In this document: positions 63,804 to 64,000 of the stretch, piece after piece
Layout: each line of letters opens with the position of its first letter
How positions within the stretch are numbered: position 1 is the first letter of the stretch
Origin: Malacoraja senta
Lineage: Eukaryota
NCBI GenBank assembly: GCA_038087875.1
Contig: CM075996.1
Span: forward strand, 6,946,001-7,010,000
Direction: 5' to 3'
Length of the DNA: 64,000 nt
Position numbers and translations under genes: made by a program
Notes under the pieces: model-generated
Databases searched by the model: none
Told to the model about the DNA's origin: nothing
The model's input: the letters and a program-made list of their open reading frames with translations, nothing else

Positions 63804-64000
63804 CTGAAACAAAGGATGAAACAAAGAAATAGACATGAGGAACTACACAGCGCCAGAGACCCGGGTTCGATCCTGACTACGGGTGCTGTCCGTATGGGGT
63901 TTTGCACGTTCTCCCCGTGACCTGCGTGGGTTTTCTCCGGGTGCTCCGGTTTCCTCCCACACTCCAAAGACGTGCGGGATTGCAGGTTAATTGGCTTTGG

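Larger units (their letters stand above)
60823..64000 (+). repeat. Tandem segmental duplicate of ~46458-49628 (offset ~14.37 kb)
   Basis: Near-identical sequence including the inverted module, SINE, 3'UTR and exons 3-4. Confidence 0.92.

Overview
Repeat-dense vertebrate genomic DNA. The repeat set (V-SINE/HE1-like SINEs, CR1 tails, Penelope fragments) points to a cartilaginous fish, probably a skate or ray; this is inference. The six-frame ORF track misses the host genes. Reading splice sites on the minus strand gives a tandem cluster of 4-exon prototype (galectin-1/2-like) galectins. Gene A is complete (134 aa, 25890->10343), gene B is complete (138 aa, 55375->48406), and gene C has exons 3-4 in the window as a near-identical ~14.4-kb duplicate of B. 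A and B share only about one third of their residues by hand alignment, while their 3'UTR ends and promoters align readily, which suggests accelerated coding evolution. B and C have altered beta-galactoside-binding residues. Between A and B lie two oppositely oriented half-proviruses of an endogenous retrovirus with lokiretrovirus-like architecture: ~1-kb LTRs, tRNA-Arg PBS, coiled-coil Gag, YVDD RT, two RNase H domains, integrase and a non-canonical fusion-glycoprotein-like env. The window also holds Gypsy, L1, L2, Rex1-like, HERO, RTE-like, Penelope (hammerhead-bearing), Tc1 and hAT remnants, several minisatellites, and a 28-bp TIR-only palindrome with an 8-bp TSD that resembles a P-element-type excision footprint.
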